NCBI GenBank assembly: GCA_965200025.1
Contig: OZ241325.1
Coordinates: 1,178,743 to 1,242,742 of the forward strand
From: Bdellovibrionales bacterium
GTDB taxonomy: Bacteria > Bdellovibrionota > Bdellovibrionia > Bdellovibrionales > UBA1609
Direction of reading: 5' to 3'
Length of the DNA stretch: 64,000 bases
In this document: in pieces, positions 60,689 through 64,000 of the stretch
Numbering within the stretch: the stretch's first letter is position 1
Layout: the number at the start of each line of letters is the position of its first letter
The notes under the pieces: model-generated
What the model was told of the DNA's origin: nothing
Seen by the model: only the letters and a program-made list of their open reading frames with translations
The model's database searches: none
Translations under genes and position numbers: made by a program

Positions 60689-61072
60689 ATGTTAAAATAT
60701 GCCAAGAGGTTCACAAGAGAGCAAAAATCGGTCATTCTGTCGGAGCATTTAGAGGGCGGTGTAAGTATCTCTGAGCTGTCTCGGAAGTACCAGGTCAGCC
60801 CTCATACCATTTATATTTGGAGGAGGGCTATGAAGAAGGAGGATGTGGTGTCATTAGAGCCTGCGGAGCTATTGAGTGAGATAGAGAAGCTGAAGAGGGA
60901 GAACTCACTTTTGAAGCACCGGGTGGCGGATCAGGCTTTGGATATAGAGACTTTAAAGGGGTGGAATGATTTTATAAAAAAAAAGCTGAGGGAAGGACGA
61001 CTGAGTTTGCAAAAGAGTTCGTTGGGGGAGGAGGGTGTCTCAGGGTCACGAAAAAAAGGTTCAGTGAGTTAG
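60689..61072 (+). CDS. IS3-family transposase OrfA
   Basis: Protein identical to 47029-47412. Confidence 0.85.
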   Translation: MLKYAKRFTREQKSVILSEHLEGGVSISELSRKYQVSPHTIYIWRRAMKKEDVVSLEPAELLSEIEKLKRENSLLKHRVADQALDIETLKGWNDFIKKKLREGRLSLQKSSLGEEGVSGSRKKGSVS

Positions 61073-62007
61073 TGGGTTTTCATGTGAAGTCTTTATACAA
61101 GAGGAGGAGAGAGAGGGGGAAGAAGAGTGGAGGAAGAGGGGGTAAAGTGAAAGGTGCCAAATGGTCAGAGGATCGTGGTATTTTACTGTCTTTAAAGAGG
61201 CTTTTGCAGGATCGTGCCACTTATGGATATAAGAGGATCACAGCCATGTATAACAGAGAGAGGACAGAGTTGGGTTTGCCGGTGTATAACAGGAAGCGTA
61301 TTTATCGCATTATGAAGGCTCATGGTCTTCTTTTGCCCTCCTCTGTCCAGAGGAGAGGTTTGGGGGTAAAGGGGACAGGTCAGATTATCACGAAGGACTC
61401 AGACAGACGTTGGTGTTCAGATTGTTTTGAAGTTCATTGTTTTAATGGGGAGAAGGTGTATGTTTCATTTGTTTTGGATTGCCATGACAGGGAGCTTATC
61501 AGTTTTGTGGCTTTTGCACGTCCTCTGGGGGCAGGGGATATAAAGGATTTGATGATTTTGGCTGTGGAAAGACGATTCGGTGGTACTTTGCGAACAAAAA
61601 GAGAGATTGAGTTTTTAACAGACAGAGGAAGTATTTACAGAGCTTATGAGGTTCAACAACTGGCCAGAAGGCTGGGGTTAAAGTCTTGTTTTACCCGGGC
61701 TTACAGCCCACAGAGCAATGGAATGGCAGAAGCTTTTGTGAAGACAATAAAGAGGGATTATGTGTATGTGAGGGATTGTGTGTCAGCGGACAGGACTTTG
61801 AAGCTCTTGGGGGCTTGGATGGAGGATTATAATACCAAAGCTCCCCATTCGGGATTGGGGATGAGGAGTCCTTTGGAGTACAGGAAGAGTAAGGAGAGGA
61901 GCTGTGAGGGTAATAATTTTAACAGGGAGCTGGAGGCCAGGTCATCCCTAAAACCTTACAAATACCTAAAAAAAGGGTTTTGTCTGTACAAAGGATTTAA
62001 AATATGA
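61072..62007 (+). CDS. IS3-family transposase OrfB (via -1 frameshift)
   Basis: Protein identical to 47412-48347. Confidence 0.85.
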   Translation: MGFHVKSLYKRRRERGKKSGGRGGKVKGAKWSEDRGILLSLKRLLQDRATYGYKRITAMYNRERTELGLPVYNRKRIYRIMKAHGLLLPSSVQRRGLGVKGTGQIITKDSDRRWCSDCFEVHCFNGEKVYVSFVLDCHDRELISFVAFARPLGAGDIKDLMILAVERRFGGTLRTKREIEFLTDRGSIYRAYEVQQLARRLGLKSCFTRAYSPQSNGMAEAFVKTIKRDYVYVRDCVSADRTLKLLGAWMEDYNTKAPHSGLGMRSPLEYRKSKERSCEGNNFNRELEARSSLKPYKYLKKGFCLYKGFKI

Positions 62008-62478
62008 AAAATAAACCCACAAATGGGCAGTTTTATACAAACCAGAAAAGTAGCCAAAAATGGGGGCCAGTACAAAATTTAAATGTTTTAACTTAACAAG
62101 TGTGTAAATTTTTCACTGATTATCTTAAAAGTTCTGATATTTTTGAAGAAGAATAAAAAATGGTGGGGCTTCTGTTAAGGTTTTTTTTCAAACCCTTCAG
62201 CTTCCACAGTGATACCGGGGATATAAGGTGATTTTAATATTGAGACAAAAAGCACGAATGAAAGGAAAAAAAAGTTTTCTGTCCCTCACTACACAGTAAA
62301 AAACAGATAACATTTTTTTAAATGACAATAACAAATTTAATCGTAAAAAATAATATTGGCGGATGGTAATGCTTTTTTAAGGCGATAAATATAAAAAACC
62401 GCATTTTCCACCTCCTTTTTTAAGGATAACCCCTAAATTATATAACATCTCACTCTTGAATGGTTTGTCAACACTGTT

Positions 62479-63009
62479 TTAAATTCCAGACTCCAGCTGA
62501 AGTAAAAAACGCTTCACCTTTAAGCCCAGGGCAAAACCCCCCAGGCCTTTTTGGGCCACCACCCGGTGACAAGGCACCACTATCAAAAAAGGGTTTTTTC
62601 CACAGGCCTGACCCACAGCTCTGCTGCCCCCACCAACACCTATTCGCTTTGCCACCTCTGTATAAGACAAAGTGCTGCCATAAGGAATGTTACCCAATGC
62701 ACGCCACACCTTCTGTTGAAAATCCGTTCCCCTTGCACAGATATGAATTTTTTTTCTTAAACCCTTATCCCATACCCCTTTTGAAAAATACCGATCCAAA
62801 AACACACAAAGAGGTTTTACCTGGCGGGGAATACTGTGACTTCCTGGCTTCAGGAGCAATGTTTTGTTTTTATATGGCCTGTGAGAACGGGAACCGATGG
62901 GTGGTGGCTTTACCTTGGATAAAGAGTAAAGCCCCCCCTCCTGAAAATCCATTTGCAAACAACCTATGGGAGAATCATAAAAACACTTGAAAGAAAAACC
63001 CTGAGACAA
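62479..63009 (-). CDS. ogt: Methylated-DNA--protein-cysteine methyltransferase
   Basis: 176 aa. Active site VVPCHRVV, preceded by GSTLSYTEVAKRIG..RAVGQACGKNP. Confidence 0.85.
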   Translation of the reverse strand: MSQGFSFKCFYDSPIGCLQMDFQEGGLYSLSKVKPPPIGSRSHRPYKNKTLLLKPGSHSIPRQVKPLCVFLDRYFSKGVWDKGLRKKIHICARGTDFQQKVWRALGNIPYGSTLSYTEVAKRIGVGGGSRAVGQACGKNPFLIVVPCHRVVAQKGLGGFALGLKVKRFLLQLESGI

Positions 63010-63038
63010 AAACCTGCTCCCTTTTCGGAATAAAAAAC

Positions 63039-64000
63039 CTATTCTTTTCGGCCTCTCAGACGGGCTGGCAGGATACCCATCCCCTCCCGGTTTTTAGCCA
63101 CCCATCTTCTGTTGAGCTGCACTCCAAAATCCCGGTAAAGACGATCTGTAATATCCTGATCAGAAAGCTTGGAGTTTTTATGCTCTTTTTCAATATAAGA
63201 CTTCATGTGAAGTTTTAATTTTTCTATACTAATCATCTCACCTTTTTCATTCTCCATGGCCAGATTAAAAAAATACTTAAGCTCATAAAGCCCATGCGGG
63301 GTGTATACATATTTGTTGGTGCTGACCCGGCTGACTGTGGACGGGTGAATCCCCACATCCTCTGCCACCTGCTTTAACACCAAAGGTTTTATACCCATAG
63401 GCCCTTTATCAAAAAACTCCTTTTGCCGATTCACAACAGAGCAGGTGACTTTATAAATGGTCCTTTGCCTCTGGTTTAAAGATCGTATTAACCATAAAGC
63501 AGAATTCATTTTGTGTCGCAAATACCTGTGCGTGGAATAATCCACCAAAGAGGAAGTCTCAACCTCTTCGGTATTCAGTTTCTTCAACATATCCTGATAC
63601 ATGGGAGCCACCCGCAGATGCGGCAGTCCCTCTTCGTTCAAAGACACCCTGTAATCGTTGCCGTTTTTAACCACATACACATCCGGTGTCACATAAGGTA
63701 TGGGGGCATCACTGAACAAACGACCAGGCTTTGGTTCCATAGCCGTAATAATTTTATAAAGATCCATCACCTCCTCTTCCTGAATATCCAGGGAATCCGC
63801 AATCAGGCTGTAGTTTTTTCTCTCCAAATCAGGCAGGTGATTCTGAATCATCTGAATCAGATAAGGATTTCCCTTTTGATGCTGATGAGCCTGAATCAAA
63901 AGGCACTCTTTTAAATCCCTGGCCCCCACTCCACTGGGATCCATAGTGTGAAGGGTCTGAAGAGCCTCTTTTAAATTTTTATATTCCACATCAATCTCAT
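63039..64000 (-). CDS. rpoN: RNA polymerase sigma-54 factor, C-terminal part (N-terminus beyond the window edge)
   Basis: The frame stays open to position 64000. HTH LVLKQVAEDVGIHPSTVSRVSTNKYV and a RpoN-box-like LNRRWVAKNREGMGI. Confidence 0.9.
   Translation of the reverse strand, partial: EIDVEYKNLKEALQTLHTMDPSGVGARDLKECLLIQAHQHQKGNPYLIQMIQNHLPDLERKNYSLIADSLDIQEEEVMDLYKIITAMEPKPGRLFSDAPIPYVTPDVYVVKNGNDYRVSLNEEGLPHLRVAPMYQDMLKKLNTEEVETSSLVDYSTHRYLRHKMNSALWLIRSLNQRQRTIYKVTCSVVNRQKEFFDKGPMGIKPLVLKQVAEDVGIHPSTVSRVSTNKYVYTPHGLYELKYFFNLAMENEKGEMISIEKLKLHMKSYIEKEHKNSKLSDQDITDRLYRDFGVQLNRRWVAKNREGMGILPARLRGRKE

Larger units (their letters stand above)
60638..62074 (+). mobile_element. IS3-family insertion sequence, copy 2 (identical on inspection to copy 1)
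   Basis: Same ends and ORFs, offset by exactly 13660 bp. 4-bp target duplication AAAT (60634-60637 and 62075-62078). Confidence 0.9.

Noticed and set aside
46978-62074. Composite transposon formed by the two IS copies
   Set aside because: Each copy has its own matching 4-bp target duplication (AAAG/AAAG and AAAT/AAAT), and the enclosed genes are housekeeping (guaA, actAB, ccsA). Independent insertions are the simpler explanation.
1-64000. tRNA, rRNA, tmRNA, integrase/att sites, prophage or secretion-system gene clusters
   Set aside because: I scanned the intergenic regions by eye and found no cloverleaf-like or rRNA-like sequence and no tyrosine/serine recombinase gene. This does not rule them out, because no covariance-model search could be run.

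Overview
Bacterial chromosome segment, about 40% GC by eye. Gram-negative hallmarks are present (lipoboxes, a Tat signal, ACIII-type ActAB, sigma-54). The taxon cannot be assigned from the sequence alone, but the many secreted eukaryote-type LRR and ankyrin proteins suggest a host- or prey-associated lifestyle.

Layout:
(i) 0-8 kb, accessory: two ~90% identical Rpn/YhgA nuclease paralogues, a decayed RHH/RelE pair, a Cys-rich lipoprotein, an AAA ATPase, secreted proteins and an LRR protein.
(ii) 8.2-22.0 kb: one co-directional Type I R-M super-operon (hsdM ... hsdS ... hsdR-DUF45). It carries three embedded cargo blocks: a gene pair sharing an unknown ~235-aa domain plus an MNT, an OLD/PARIS-like ATPase-TOPRIM, and a Fic protein.
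(iii) 22.2-27.5 kb, toxin-antitoxin block: HigB-HigA-SecB (TAC), a HipT-like kinase with a HipS-HTH fusion, and a long Fic protein.
(iv) 29.9-38.2 kb, core genes: PDRP, nusB, rph, mscS, nrdAB.
(v) 38.3-47 kb, accessory: a lipoprotein, an inverted paralogue pair around an LRR gene, a DUF4143 ATPase, murB, an LRR gene, a Panacea antitoxin with a membrane toxin candidate, and IS scars.
(vi) Two identical 1437-bp IS3-family copies (46978-48414 and 60638-62074) bracket LRR, guaA, actAB, LRR, ccsA, a PD-(D/E)XK-like gene and an ankyrin gene. ogt and a partial rpoN follow.

Three signals cut across the window. A G9-containing promoter-like module sits upstream of secreted-protein genes. A VIPAKAGIQ-type hairpin element is inserted without breaking the frame in hsdR, hsdS (twice), hsdM, Fic and, in a long form, guaA. 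There is a six-member LRR family with a conserved Cys-capped N-terminus. No rRNA, tRNA or CRISPR array was seen.

The best candidate for something undescribed is the shared-domain gene pair at 16.4-20.0 kb inside the R-M operon.
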